DNA from: Myxococcales bacterium
GTDB lineage: Bacteria > Myxococcota_A > Polyangia > Polyangiales > DASUME01
Length of the DNA: 64,000 nt
Reading direction: 5' to 3'
NCBI GenBank assembly: GCA_047601445.1
Contig: JASGJH010000001.1
Location: forward strand, 32,001 to 96,000
Position numbers and translations under genes: made by a program. Position 1 is the first letter of the stretch, and each line of letters begins with the position of its first letter. Positions 25,401 to 36,625 of this stretch are shown here, piece by piece. The notes under the pieces were generated by a model that had not been told where the DNA came from, searched no databases, and saw only the letters and a list, made by a program, of their open reading frames with translations.

Positions 25401-27254
25401 CCGAAGGGAATCGGCTGACGCGGACGAACACCGCCTCGGGGGATGTCGAGACCTATTCCTGGGACAACCGCAATCGGCTAACGCAAGTCCAAAAGACCGA
25501 CGGCAGCACGGTGGTTTTCACCGTCGAGTATGCCTACGACAACGAGAATCAATTGGTTGGCCGCCGCGAGACGGTCGGCAGCAATGATCCTATCACGAAC
25601 TACTTCGTCTGGGACAACGGCCAGATCGTCCTGCGGCTGGATGGCAACGACGAGATGCTGAACCACTACACCTGGGGCTTTGGCACGGATCAGTTACTGG
25701 CTGACGAGCAGTACGACGCGGATACCCAGGCGCTCGACCACCTCTATTGGACGCTGGGGGATCACCAAGGCACCCTCCGCGACATCGCCGAGTTCACGCC
25801 GGCGGCAGGAGAAACAGACGCCCACACCGACTTGGTCAACCACCGCACGTTCGACTCGTTCGGCCTCCCCACCGGTGAAACCGACACCGCCATCGACGAA
25901 CTCTTCGGCTTCACCGGCGTCTATCTCGACCCACTAACAGGCCAACAATACAACCGCGCCCGCTGGTTCGACCCCCAGCTCCACCAATGGCTCAGCGACG
26001 ATCCGCTGGGGCTGGCCGCGGGTGACCCGAATGTGCGGAGGTATGTCAAGAACGACCCGGTGAATAAAACCGATCCGAGTGGGCTAGAGGAACGAGCGTT
26101 ATCGCCGGTTGAGTCGTTCATGCTTCGCGAGGCTAACTCGCGAGGGGTTGATATTCCTACGCTCGTCCAGCAACTTCAAGAAGAGGCAGCGATTGTCATG
26201 GCGCAAAATCGCGCCAGGGAATGGAATGAATTGTCCACCAAGATACAGCTGGAGGCAGATCGACGAAGGCGCGCTGCGGCTGAGATGGGAGTTGGAGGTG
26301 CGATTGCGGTCGGCACCCTCGCGGGTTCCATGGAAATAGGACGCGCTTTGACGATGCCTTTGCGATTGGTGGGCCGCGACTATTCCCAGCAGGATTTGGC
26401 TCTGGAGCAGATGTGGGAACTCTGCCAGCTTCGTGCGGAAGATGAGAAGTTCACGAGGACAGGAACTCGGGCTGCGGCGAACGTTTCCGCGCAAGCCATG
26501 ACTGCACTCACGCTGTCGGGTCCAGTCGAAGGAACGCTGACTTGGATTGGTGGAACGCGCCTTGTTCAAGCGGGGATGGCAACAAACACTGGAATTGTCC
26601 TTGCCAATGGCGCAAGCAGCGGCTCCTCTGGCTAATCTGACGGCCGGCAGCATGATGGGATACGCGGCTTACGAGAACGGGGTTGCCTCCTACTATGCAT
26701 ATCAAGTCGGTGACACGGACGCTTCGGCCAACTATGCGTCTCTATCCGTAATGCAAGGGTCGTTCGGGGCCTATGGTGTGGCGGATGGAACTTTTGGTGT
26801 TACTGGACAGTTGCGTCAGTTATGGGCATCCCAAGCAGACGCGTCCACAAGTCTGTTTTCTGCTGGCGAGGAATTCTACTGCAACGGAACGGGGAATTCA
26901 TATAAAACACTTCAGAGAAATGACATAAACTGGGGGCACATACGCACTGCTGGCGATCGTCGAGCAATTGGCCTAACAAATGCTGAAGCTGCAGAACAAT
27001 TTGGACTCGCGCCTCAATTGGATGATGGCTTCTTCGCAACACTTCACCACTGTGAGCAAGATGCGGGAGGTCCACTTTTTGAGGCCTCAACCCGCTACCA
27101 TAATATCACGAACATTAACAAAGCGCCTTTACACCCATACGGACGCGCCGGTCATCCATTTAATCCAATGGGGAGAGGTCCGGGATCACGACGGCAATTG
27201 TTTCAAGATCATGAAGTCGGAGAGTATTGGCAATGGAGGGCAATGACTAGATGA
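7417..27254 (+). CDS. Giant (~6,600 aa) secreted adhesin-RHS polymorphic toxin with C-terminal LHH (HNH/EndoVII) nuclease; broken into about 10 ORFs by indels
   Basis: N-terminal RRRRLFLERLEIRAMM planctomycete signature. Then poly-GD, Calx-beta repeats (TATAGxDY, TIxDDD), Ig/cadherin-like tandem repeats (LxNDxDxD...GTDxFTY) and PKD-like repeats (IxWGDG). Then YD/RHS repeats, an RHS core ending PVNKTDPSGL, and a tip GLAPQLDDGFFATLHHCEQ...YWQWRA. Confidence 0.9.
7705..8244 (+). repeat. Tandem hexamer (GGAGAY) x90 encoding (Gly-Asp)90
   Basis: 540 bp of GGAGAC/GGAGAT. Variation occurs only at the synonymous Asp third position. Confidence 0.95.
20197..20322 (+). repeat. 18-bp tandem repeat x7 encoding GGYYGL
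   Basis: GGYGGYTACTAYGGCTTG units inside a Gly/Tyr/Trp-rich segment of the giant protein. Confidence 0.9.
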
Positions 27255-27676
27255 ATATAATTCTACAGATTGCGACAAAGCTGTCTGCGAAACAATTTGA
27301 GCATGAACATCCTCACAATGTTGATAAGGCAATTAATGCGATTGTCGATGCCAATGCGGACCTTTTGAAGGCATATCTACGTCGTTTTCGAGGGCCTATT
27401 GGTTCATCAAGAACCAGCTTTCAACTTTTAGACGCGATTGAGGAACAGCCAAATATCGTTACTCAGACGACATTTTTGCGCAGTGAATTCCAGCTAGGAC
27501 AACAGTGGGTGGCGATTAGTGATATCGTCGGTGGTTCACTGCTCGTACTTAATACTGAAAAAGATAAAGTGTTTAATGTCGATTTTGAAGGCGGAATCGA
27601 ATTGCTTCGAGACGGAACCTTGCCTCCAATTTCAAACTCATTCGAAGAGTTTTTGATTTGGTTTTTTGTTATATGA
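27251..27676 (+). CDS. Cognate immunity protein (SMI1/KNR4-SUKH-like)
   Basis: Overlaps the toxin stop (ATGA), has lower GC, and ends in SUKH-like GGSLLVLNTEKDKVFNVD...SFEEFLIWF. Confidence 0.7.
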   Translation: MNIILQIATKLSAKQFEHEHPHNVDKAINAIVDANADLLKAYLRRFRGPIGSSRTSFQLLDAIEEQPNIVTQTTFLRSEFQLGQQWVAISDIVGGSLLVLNTEKDKVFNVDFEGGIELLRDGTLPPISNSFEEFLIWFFVI

Positions 27677-27804
27677 TGTTTGTGTAGTGGTTCAGCGATT
27701 GTTGTGTGGTCTGATGTTCACTTGTGAACTGGTCCATCGACTTTTGGATGGGCACTTGTTCAGCGGTTGGAGGGTTGAGAAAATAGATTGTGAGGCCAGA
27801 ACTG

Positions 27805-28398
27805 AATAACCACCGGCTGCAAGCCGGTGGGTTCGGGAAAATCGTGGCTTCGGACTGGAAGTCCTTCGCTCACGATTTAGGAACTTGGAAATTGTCACCG
27901 CCATCACCGGGTTCCGTTCCTTCTTGCTGGCGGATGTATTCCAGAATTGCCTCATCCGTCACATTCCCGCTCGTAGCCACGAAGTAGCCCCGCGCCCACA
28001 AATGTCGCCCCCAATACTGTTTCTGAATGTGCTTGAACTCCATCATCAGTTTCCGCGAGCTTTTGCCTTTGATGTACTGCATGATCTTGCTCGGCGAGAG
28101 ATTCGGAGGGCAGGAGAGCAGCACATGCACGTGATCGCGTGACACCGCTCCTTGCAGAATCTCAATTTCATTGGTCCGACAGACCTCGCGGATAAGGTCG
28201 CGAAGCCGCACGCCGACTTCACCCGTCAGAATTGGTTTGCGATACTTTGTCACCCATACAAAGTGGTACTTGATGTCAAAACGACTATGCGAACCAGTTC
28301 GATAATGCTCCATGACTCCCAAGTCTAAACCACTAACCGAAGAACCTAAAGGATTCGCCTGAAGGCGAGGGTTTTAGACCCATCGTGGAGACAATAAA
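27805..28398 (-). mobile_element. IS200/IS605-family insertion sequence (tnpA only)
   Basis: Y1 transposase flanked by subterminal hairpins CACCGGCTGCAAGCCGGTG (27811-27829) and TCGCCTGAAGGCGA (28355-28368). Ends are approximate. Confidence 0.8.
27870..28322 (-). CDS. tnpA: IS200-type Y1 (HUH) transposase
   Basis: YHFVWVTKYRK, DHVH (HUH), KGKSSR, LWARGYF and YIRQQ. Confidence 0.95.
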   Translation of the reverse strand: MGVMEHYRTGSHSRFDIKYHFVWVTKYRKPILTGEVGVRLRDLIREVCRTNEIEILQGAVSRDHVHVLLSCPPNLSPSKIMQYIKGKSSRKLMMEFKHIQKQYWGRHLWARGYFVATSGNVTDEAILEYIRQQEGTEPGDGGDNFQVPKS

Positions 28399-28494
28399 CG
28401 CGACCTCGTCCCGCGACAAGAGTTTGCGGCAGATGTGCCCTGACAATTTGGTTGTGACTTCCATCGAACCAGCCGCGCCAGCCTAGGCATCGGC

Positions 28495-28695
28495 TTGGCC
28501 GCCACCGGCGGCGACTTCGACGCCGCACTCGGCTATGCCGAATGGGGCACGACCATCGGCGGTGTGGCCAGTCAATTCATGGTCGCCTGCTTTGCCGCTG
28601 GCACACCAATCTTGACGCCGGAAGGCTCAAAGGCAATTGAGGAAATCAAGGTTGGCGATTTGGTTCTCTCCCGTGATGAGTTAGAAGCTCGTTGA
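28495..28695 (+). pseudogene. Orphan polymorphic-toxin fragment with the N-terminal part of a pre-toxin Hint domain
   Basis: CFAAGTPILTPEGSKAIEEIKVGDLVLSRDE is a canonical Hint N-terminal block. Truncated on both sides. Confidence 0.75.
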
Positions 28696-29440
28696 AAATT
28701 TTGTTGTGTTGGCAGTGGGCCTGCGCGGCGGCTGTTAGCCAGTCGCAGCCAGTGGCGGCGAGGCGGAGTCAAGGGTAATTTCGCGAAAGATTTTCGGGTG
28801 GTCTCGGGAATAATTCCACGCCGCCGCGCATCTATACGTTCGTGCATATGCCGTGCGCCGAACGGCTCTTTGCAATCCCTTTCCCAAGAACCAGGAGACA
28901 ACAACCACTTGAGCGCTGGCCGTTGTTGACCGTTTTTCCCAAGTCTTTTGCTATCAATGACTTTTCGAAAGCCGGCCACAAGCCAAGGCGATTGCACGTT
29001 AAGTCATTCACCGAGTAGGACTTGGGCGAGGTAGTTGTCATCCCAGCCGGCGGCGAGGTTTCACCGGTCAAGTCTGGTGGACAGCCGGCCAGCTTAATAG
29101 CGGTGCATTCTAGCGGCGGGTAGTGATCGTGAGCTTTCAGGGGATCAGCAAGCCGCTCGTTATCGAGCATTTGCAATTCATTTCTTGCGTCTGGAACGGA
29201 AGGTGTTGCGCGCGGCGGCCTCATCCGCCGAAACGAGCTGTGAAGCTGCGGCCGCAACGGTCAAAAGAAGTTAGAGCAACGGGGAAACTCGCTCAGACAA
29301 ATGCGATGGCAGGCCCCTGTGAGCCGATTAACGAGGCGACAGCATCGGCTGCTGATCGAGCGCGACGTCGGTGACGGCCTTTTCAAGTCAGCGAATTGTC
29401 AGATCAGCGGGATGTGGCTAACTCAGCGAAAACCGAATCG

Positions 29441-30691
29441 TTACTTCGAAAACGTCGTGTACGTTGGATACGCCTTATACGGGTCGGAATCCGCCGATAC
29501 TTTCGTCGTGGTTCCCGTCTTCACATCATGCTGCATGATGGCTCCGTCTTTGGCGAAGAGCAGGAACCTGTTATCTGTGGAGATCGAAACGTACCAGGCC
29601 ATCCGGGACGGTTCCAAATCATCGAAGATCACCTCGTTGGTGATGGCAGGAACGGACGCATCAAACTTGGCATAGACCATGACCCCGCCCTTGTACATGT
29701 CCTGCTTCCGATCGACCCATTTCTGGTAAGCGATCATCGTCTCGTCCTGAGACAAAGCGATCTTGTGGATGAATTTGGCGTCAGGGCGCTGGACCTGAAC
29801 GTATTTTGCTTCGCCATTGCTAGAGGGAGTTGCCAGATAGCTGTCTCCACCACGTTGCATGAACACGCGCCCGTCTGCTAGATGCGGATTGATCCAGCCC
29901 CAAGGGGCGATTCTTTGTTCCGCATCCGGTTGCCCATCTGCATCGTTCCAGTATGGCCCGGCCTCTTCCACATTCATGCGATTGAAGCTGATGCGATTCG
30001 AGCCATCTCGTGACCAGTATGGCTCGGTGTTGAAACTCTCTTTACCCTCGATGATCTCGTGGAGACTGCTACCATCGGCGTTCATGACACAGACAGAAGA
30101 ACGCCATGTCTCGCAACACGGTCCGTTTACCGCATAACGCCTGAAAAACGTCAGTTTTCTACCGTCGGGACTGAAGTTAGGCTTGAAATTCCATACTTCC
30201 GTGTCGGTCAGATAGGTGATCTCGGATGTCTTGGACTCGGGGTCGTACACAGTTCGAGCAATCTGCCATCTGCCTTTCGCATCGGCCGTGGTACAGACAT
30301 AGGTCACTTTGCCTGCCAGGGTCAGCACGACATTTTCCGTGCCACCAACCGACTTGACGCTTCGCGCAACCGAGTCGTAACCGTCCTTGCTGAATGTGAC
30401 CACGGCTGCTGACGCCGTCGTGAGAAATGGTGCCCGGCCATCGGTCTGCTGCGAAAAATCTCCGTCAATCCGCACTTTTGAAACGGAGGCTTTGTTCGCA
30501 ACCGCGTCGCCATCAAAGCTGAACCGTCCCTCGGCATCAGTCGTCGCAACGAGCCCAGCATCTCGTAGCGTGACTGTTGCACCTTCGAGAGGAACTCCTT
30601 TGCTCCCATCCATGACCAAACCTGACAGGATGGCTGATTGTGCGGAGACACAGGAGGTCAGCAGCAAAAACACTGAGATGAATCGGAACAT
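29441..30691 (-). CDS. Secreted protein with a carboxypeptidase-regulatory-like domain and a TolB/PD40-like beta-propeller
   Basis: Signal peptide, LSGLVMD...PLEGATVTL...TTDAEGRFSF, PNFSPDGRKL, VMNADGS and PYWSRDG. Confidence 0.75.
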   Translation of the reverse strand: MFRFISVFLLLTSCVSAQSAILSGLVMDGSKGVPLEGATVTLRDAGLVATTDAEGRFSFDGDAVANKASVSKVRIDGDFSQQTDGRAPFLTTASAAVVTFSKDGYDSVARSVKSVGGTENVVLTLAGKVTYVCTTADAKGRWQIARTVYDPESKTSEITYLTDTEVWNFKPNFSPDGRKLTFFRRYAVNGPCCETWRSSVCVMNADGSSLHEIIEGKESFNTEPYWSRDGSNRISFNRMNVEEAGPYWNDADGQPDAEQRIAPWGWINPHLADGRVFMQRGGDSYLATPSSNGEAKYVQVQRPDAKFIHKIALSQDETMIAYQKWVDRKQDMYKGGVMVYAKFDASVPAITNEVIFDDLEPSRMAWYVSISTDNRFLLFAKDGAIMQHDVKTGTTTKVSADSDPYKAYPTYTTFSK

Positions 30692-31157
30692 CTTTCACGA
30701 CCTTCTGGCTTGCTCGTCTGAGTCTTGATCCGTAGTAGAACAGACGGAGTTTAACGCGATTTTATCACTTTTTGCATCCCACACTCGTTTGTGAGCTTCT
30801 TCCGAGAATCTTCTGTGAAGTTCAAAGTATCGCCGGACACTTATCAGCCTGAAGCGATCAGCTAGATGTTAACAGCATTGTCCAGAGTTCGATGAGGAGC
30901 GAGGTAGTTGTGGGCGTGCTGGAACCTGCATCGGCCTCATCCACCGAGCAGCACACCAAATCTACTGAACCGGCTTCGACTCCACACACCGAGAATGGAA
31001 AGCACAACTTTTCCCAGTCAAAAAATCTGACACAAATCTGACACAGGGTGACCCATTTACAGTCGCTGCTAACCCGATTCAAATCAGGGGGAAGAGGACG
31101 GCAGAAGTTGCGTTTTGCGAAGCAAATCGCGACTAAGTGTCCACTAAATCGATACAA

Positions 31158-31239
31158 GCGCGAGTGGCGGAATTGGCAGACGCGCCAGACTTAGGATCTG
31201 GTGTCGCAAGACGTGCAGGTTCAAGTCCTGTCTCGCGCA
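31158..31239 (+). tRNA. tRNA-Leu (anticodon TAG)
   Basis: Full cloverleaf: GCGCGAG/CTCGCGC acceptor stem, CCAGA-CTTAGGA-TCTGG anticodon arm, long variable arm, GGTTCAAGTCC T-arm. CCA is not encoded. Confidence 0.95.
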
Positions 31240-31368
31240 TTTGAGTAGTCTTTTCACGCGGTTTCCTATGATTGGTTGGGAACCCGCAACGCCCCCTCCC
31301 GTGCTGGCTCGCCTCAAAATGGTAACAATTAGGTAACAGCGTTGCGGTGACATTGGAGCCGCAATTCG

Positions 31369-32723
31369 ATGGCCGCCCTGCAATCCCGGAATGGCAGTTA
31401 CCGGATCGTCTTTCGTTATCAAACCAAGCAACACGCATTCACAATCGGCCAAGTGTCCAAGGACGAGGCGGAGACAAAAGCCGCCCAGGTCGATTACCTG
31501 CTGATGCGGCTAAAGCAGCGTCTGGCATTTCTCCCGCCGGGCATGAACATCGTCGAATACGTCCAGTTCGACGGCAAAGAACTGCCAGCAACACAGCCCG
31601 TTCCCGTCGTCGTCCCGACGCCAGCCGACAAGCTCACGCTTGCCCGACTCCGGGACCGCTACCTCGCCACGCATGAGGCGTCGCTGGAAGCCAACACGGT
31701 CGCGACAATCCGCATGCACTTTCGGCATCTTGCCAGCCGGCTGGGCGAAAGCTTTCTGATCGCTGAGCTGTCGCTGGCCGACCTCCAGCAGTATGTCGAT
31801 CGACGCGCCAAGGCGGCTGGCATCAACGGCCGCAATCTTTCTGCAGTCACCATCCAGAAGGAAATCATTTCGCTTCGCACCGCGTGGAACTGGGGTGTCA
31901 AAATGAAATTGCTGTCCGGCCGTTTTCCCTACGACGGCCTGCGCTATCCCAAGACCACCGAAAAACCTCCGTTCCAAACGTTGGCGGAGATTGATCGACA
32001 AATCAAGGCCGGCGGATTGACCGAAGCTGAGCAGGCAGAATTGTTCGACTCCCTCTATCTTCAACTTCACGAGACTATCACCCTATTAGCTCACGTCCAA
32101 ACCCATGCCAACCATAGATTCATCTACCCAATGTTCTGTGTGGCGGCTCATACCGGGGCCAGGCGGTCGGAGTTGATTCGCATGAAGGTGGCCGACATCG
32201 ACCTCGCCGGACGAATCGTCACGATTCGGGAACGCAAGCGTGTGAAGGGGCAGGCAACAACTCGCCGAGTGCCCATGTCAGCCTTTCTGACCGCCATTCT
32301 CGCACAGTGGCTTGCGGACCATCCCGGCGGACCTTGGCTGTTCTGCCATGAATCGACGATCGCCCATAGCCGAAAACGCAGCTTAACCACCGGTCACTTA
32401 GGTGAGCGGACTCGCCCCAAGAACGGTAACGAGCGAAAGTCCAGGGTCCGCCAAAGGAACCTGCCGACCTCGCGGCTTTGACGAAAGACGAAGCCCACGA
32501 CCATTTCAAACGCACATTAAAGGGAAGTCGCTGGGATGTGCTTCGCGGCTGGCACACGCTCCGGCACAGCTTTATCTCGGCTTGTGCAAGCAGGGGTGTC
32601 GATCAGAGGCTGGTCGAAACGTGGGCAGGTCATATGTCGGCAGACATGAGCCGCCGCTATGCCCACCTCTATCCCAGCACCCAACTGGAAGCGTTGTCGG
32701 GCGTGTTCGACAACGTAGCCTAA
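31369..32723 (+). CDS. Tyrosine integrase (phage-integrase family), one frameshift near 32480
   Basis: HTGARRSEL (R), WHTLRHSF (HxxR) and GH...MSRRYAH (H, Y). Lies immediately downstream of the tRNA. Confidence 0.9.
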
Positions 32724-32986
32724 GAGCGACTAAGGGGCAGCAGCCCTTCGCGTTGATAGCGGATCAGTTCGGCATGGCTGAATACCCAGGCGGCATGGGG
32801 ACCGCGCCCCGATCCACGTTTCTCGCCCTTGACGCGGCCCAGCCGTGCCCATTCGCGAACGGTAAAGCATGCTTTGCCGACCAGCCGGGCAAATTCCTCG
32901 ACTTCGTAGAAAGCCTTCACGGTCTGCCGGTCCATGAGCGCCCTTAGCATCCTTTCAATTCTCTCTAACCTTTCGTCGAGCGTCAT
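32720..32986 (-). CDS. Excisionase-like helix-turn-helix protein
   Basis: FYEVEEFARLVGKACFTVREWARLGR is a MerR/Xis-type HTH. Convergent with the integrase. Confidence 0.75.
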   Translation of the reverse strand: MTLDERLERIERMLRALMDRQTVKAFYEVEEFARLVGKACFTVREWARLGRVKGEKRGSGRGPHAAWVFSHAELIRYQREGLLPLSRS

Positions 32987-33234
32987 CGAATGGCTTCTTT
33001 CTTCGGTCGGCATTGTTGCTCGCATGATCAACTCTCGGCCACGTACATCGTAGGCGTCAGCATCACGTCAAACGTCTTTGATGATACGTTTTTCTAGCGA
33101 TGTCGAACTCGTGTATAGCTTATGGGGCGGACAAAGGTAATCGATGGATATCCTTGCAAGTTTGCTCCTTGGACATTTAGCTTGGCCTTTTACAGACAGG
33201 CGTGACGAACGCCATTAAGCCGTAGTGGAACCGT

Positions 33235-33711
33235 TCAATTCATTTCCAGCACCTTCGCCGGCCCATGCGCTGGCATCGGCTCATCTCGTTCATCCGCCTC
33301 GGGAAACTCAATCGCCGTGATGACGGGTTCTTTCCCGTCTAAAAAATCTCGTTCTGCGTCGAGCTGCATCACCCACAGGGTCTTGTGCTGATGGATGTAA
33401 TCATAGATTTCGCGGAGGTTTCGCCCGCGAATCAGCACGGTCGTCGTCTTCGAGCCGACGAACCGCAGTGCAATTGCCTGCCCCCGCCGGTCGATGGTGA
33501 AACGGGAGTCCGAATCTAAATCGGCATACTGAAAAGACCGGCAGCCAGTCGCGCCCAACAGGCAATGCAGCGTGTACACCGGCTGTGCCCGCTTGGCATA
33601 GGCTTTGTACGCATCACTGGCTGTTGGTAATACAGGACCGTCGTCGCCGCCGGCAGCGTCACGCGACGTGGTGGCCCGAGCCAGGTAGTCTTTCAAGTGC
33701 TCATCGGGCAT
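33235..33711 (-). CDS. Hypothetical protein, translationally coupled to the relaxase
   Basis: ORF starting MPDEHLK overlaps the relaxase stop. Confidence 0.6.
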   Translation of the reverse strand: MPDEHLKDYLARATTSRDAAGGDDGPVLPTASDAYKAYAKRAQPVYTLHCLLGATGCRSFQYADLDSDSRFTIDRRGQAIALRFVGSKTTTVLIRGRNLREIYDYIHQHKTLWVMQLDAERDFLDGKEPVITAIEFPEADERDEPMPAHGPAKVLEMN

Positions 33712-36409
33712 ATCCCGGTTCCCACTGCCGCGGCCGAGCGGCCGTGAATACGTCGCGTGCCTTCTCGCCAAGTTGACGGTAGCGAGTGCGCAATTCCCGC
33801 AGGAATAGTTTCGCCTTGCGGCGCAGCCGGCTAGGCTTTGGCTCCTGCAGCAGTTCGCTTGCCGATTTACGTGGTTGACTGCGCTGCACTGCTTCCCGCA
33901 ACTGAGGCCAAGCTAGGTCACTGTAGATCGAGCAGGATTCACGCTGCGGCTGCCACTCACAAAGAACGTGGCCGCATCAATGGCCGGCCGCGACTCATGC
34001 CCCATCGCAATGAGAACCCGATCGACGGTTCGGCCTTGCGAACCGTAAGAGGTACGGGCGTAATCGTGGCTGATAACACCCACATCGGTCTTGAGTACCC
34101 AGCCATTGTTCAGCCGTATGCAATCCTCAGTCAGAGCCGTGACCGTATAAGACCTGCCATTATCGAGCTTATGCCGGCCCGTTTGGTCTTTGGCGTTGTT
34201 CGTCATCCTGATCTTGTCGCCGACGGCGAGTTGGATTTCATCTTTACCATAGACCGAGAAATGGTCGGGCCGCAGTGTGTAGCCGCCAGCCTGAAGCTGG
34301 CTGGCTTCGATGCGCTGGCCGGCTTTGAACGGCCCGCTGTTGCGGTGGAACTGGATGATTTCCGTGCCGGCATAGTTCCCCAGGTCGGCCTTCTCGGCAT
34401 CGGTCCAGTGCAGCGGCTTGAGCTTGAGGAATGTCCTGTCTTCTGTGCCGATTTCGTTTCGCTGTTTGAGCTGTTCTCGAATCTGGCGGGTGATTTCGTC
34501 GCACGCCGCGTGGACAGGGGCGACGATGAGCGTATCTTTATGAGCATCGAGGCCGGCGAAATAGTCGCTCACCAATTCGCCGTAGCGATCGACAAGATCG
34601 GCCTGCTTGATCCAACCCAGCTTATGCAGGATGTCGAAGCCGGCCCCGATGTCGCCGCGATCCATCGCGATCACCGCTCGCTTATAATCAGCGTGCTTTT
34701 GTCGCCAGATTTCTTTGAGTTCGGCAACGGGCAAGCCGGCGAACTTTTGCAGTACGTCGTAGATAGCACCCCGTTCGACGGCCTGATGCTGCTGCGGGTC
34801 GCCCTGCAGAATCACGCGAGCGTTGAGCTGCTCGGCTACGTCAAACACTTGCCTTAACTGGCGAATCGGCATCAGCGCGGCTTCGTCGATGAAAATCACA
34901 CCGTCTTTGGCCCTCGCTTGAAGGCCATTGGTATCGCTCAGGAATTGTGTCACCGTATCCGCATCGGCAAAGCCCTTGGAGCGAAGTGTATTGCGCGAGG
35001 CATCGCCGGAGGGTGCGAGCATCACCACCAGCTTGTCGATGCCGACCACGGCGGCTTGCGTGGCCTCGGTCTTACCCGATCCTGGCGAGCCCCTGACTAG
35101 CAACACCCTGTCGGGTGTCCGCCAGAGGTGTTCGATCAAGGCGTGCTGTTCGGCCGACAACGTCAACCCATTCCATTCGGCCGGAATGGGTTTATCCGAC
35201 AGCGGCCGGCAGGTGCCACGCCCTTCGCTGGCAAACCCAATGCACCGCCGCTCTTCCGCCAGCACTTCGGCCGTCGTCGCTTCGCCATCGCGAACGAGCA
35301 ACTTCTGTTGCGCGGCCGATCGTTCTACGTCTTCGGGCAGCGCGTTTCCCATGCACCGTTCCATCGCGGTGACTTCGAGCGTCGTCACGGGAACGACCGA
35401 GTGCCGCGTGAAGTGATGGTCGATGCTGTACTGCATCGCCTCCTCGACTTGTGGCTCGCGTGCGGAACACCCTCGCGCCACGGCGACGCGAATGGTTCTC
35501 TCGATCTGGAGCCGTTCATCGTCAGTCAGACGGGCGTTCCAATATGCTCGCAAATCATCGAGTGTCAGGTCTTTCCGTTTATTCTCCCGGTATGTGGCTC
35601 CGAGCTTGTCCTTGGCTATGGTATCGGTAACACCTAAGCGCTCGGCGACCTGCTCAATCTTCTGCGTGCGCCGGGAGAATTTTTCGATGGCCGAATCCGG
35701 GATACCTTTAATATCCCAGCCCACATAGCGTCGGCTCCCTTTGCTATCGCGCTCCCATTTGGTATCGATGGCGTAGCCGAGGGCGGCCACTTTGGCGGCG
35801 AAACGCTGGTTGAAGCGACGGTCGAAATACTTCCGCTCATCCATGATTGGCCGAAACTTCACGGCCTTCCATTTGTTCTCTTTTCTTGTCCCAGGTCAAA
35901 TTGAAACACACCACGTGGATATGGCGGTGGCAGTCGGGCATTTTGTCGGTTTTTGATGGCCGGGTTTCGGCATGCTCGACGGCATAGCCCACAAGGTTAC
36001 CGGTAATACGGTCGGCTTGCTGTTTCCCTTTACGAACGCGGGTAGTTGCCTTGCGTTCCAGGTCTGCGATGGTCTCCTTGGTTGCTTCCCACAACGCGGT
36101 CTGGATGCGCAAGTCCCCTTGCTCCAGTGCAAGCGTCACGCCCTTCGCGCAATGCACATTGATGTCCCACGCGGGCACACGCCCTACGATGAGCTTTGCA
36201 GTCAGTTGGCTGCCTGAGTGCGGATCGAGACCCTGAATGAGTCGGCGGAACTGCTCGTAGTCGGGCGTGTCGTGGAGCTTGAGTAGTTCAGCTCCCCGGC
36301 CCACCCATTCGCGCCGCAAATCGCCGTCGGCCATGTAATAGCCAGCGTCGGACTTCGAGTAGTACTGTGCCGCTTGCTTGGCGTTGACGATTGGCTGGAT
36401 TCGCAGCAT
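33701..36409 (-). CDS. mobF: MobF (TrwC/TraI-like) conjugative relaxase-helicase, two frameshifts
   Basis: N-terminal YY...YY tyrosines, HAETRP...PDCHRHIH (HUH), FSRRT, Walker A GSPGSGKT, IDEA, GDPQQ and HDYARTSYGSQGRT. Confidence 0.9.
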
Positions 36410-36625
36410 GTTGGTTGCCCGTCTTGAGAGAAGAACGAGGAACCATATTCGCCAAAAGCGCGAAGATCAAACTGAAAAATGCAGTCAGGCAGCAGCAGCC
36501 AAAAAAGTTACAGACTGATGCCCTTCGCCGTGCCGGCGAACGATTACGCGGGGGAAGTCAACTGGCTTGTTTCTCCTGGTACATGAACGATTAACGCAAA
36601 GTTAAGTAACATGATTTAACGTCAC

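Noticed and set aside
27805..28398. TnpB/IscB (OMEGA) system associated with the IS200 transposase
   Set aside because: No tnpB or iscB ORF lies between the element's terminal hairpins.
28700..29440. Short ORFs between the Hint fragment and the TolB-like gene
   Set aside because: No recognisable motifs or consistent coding signal.
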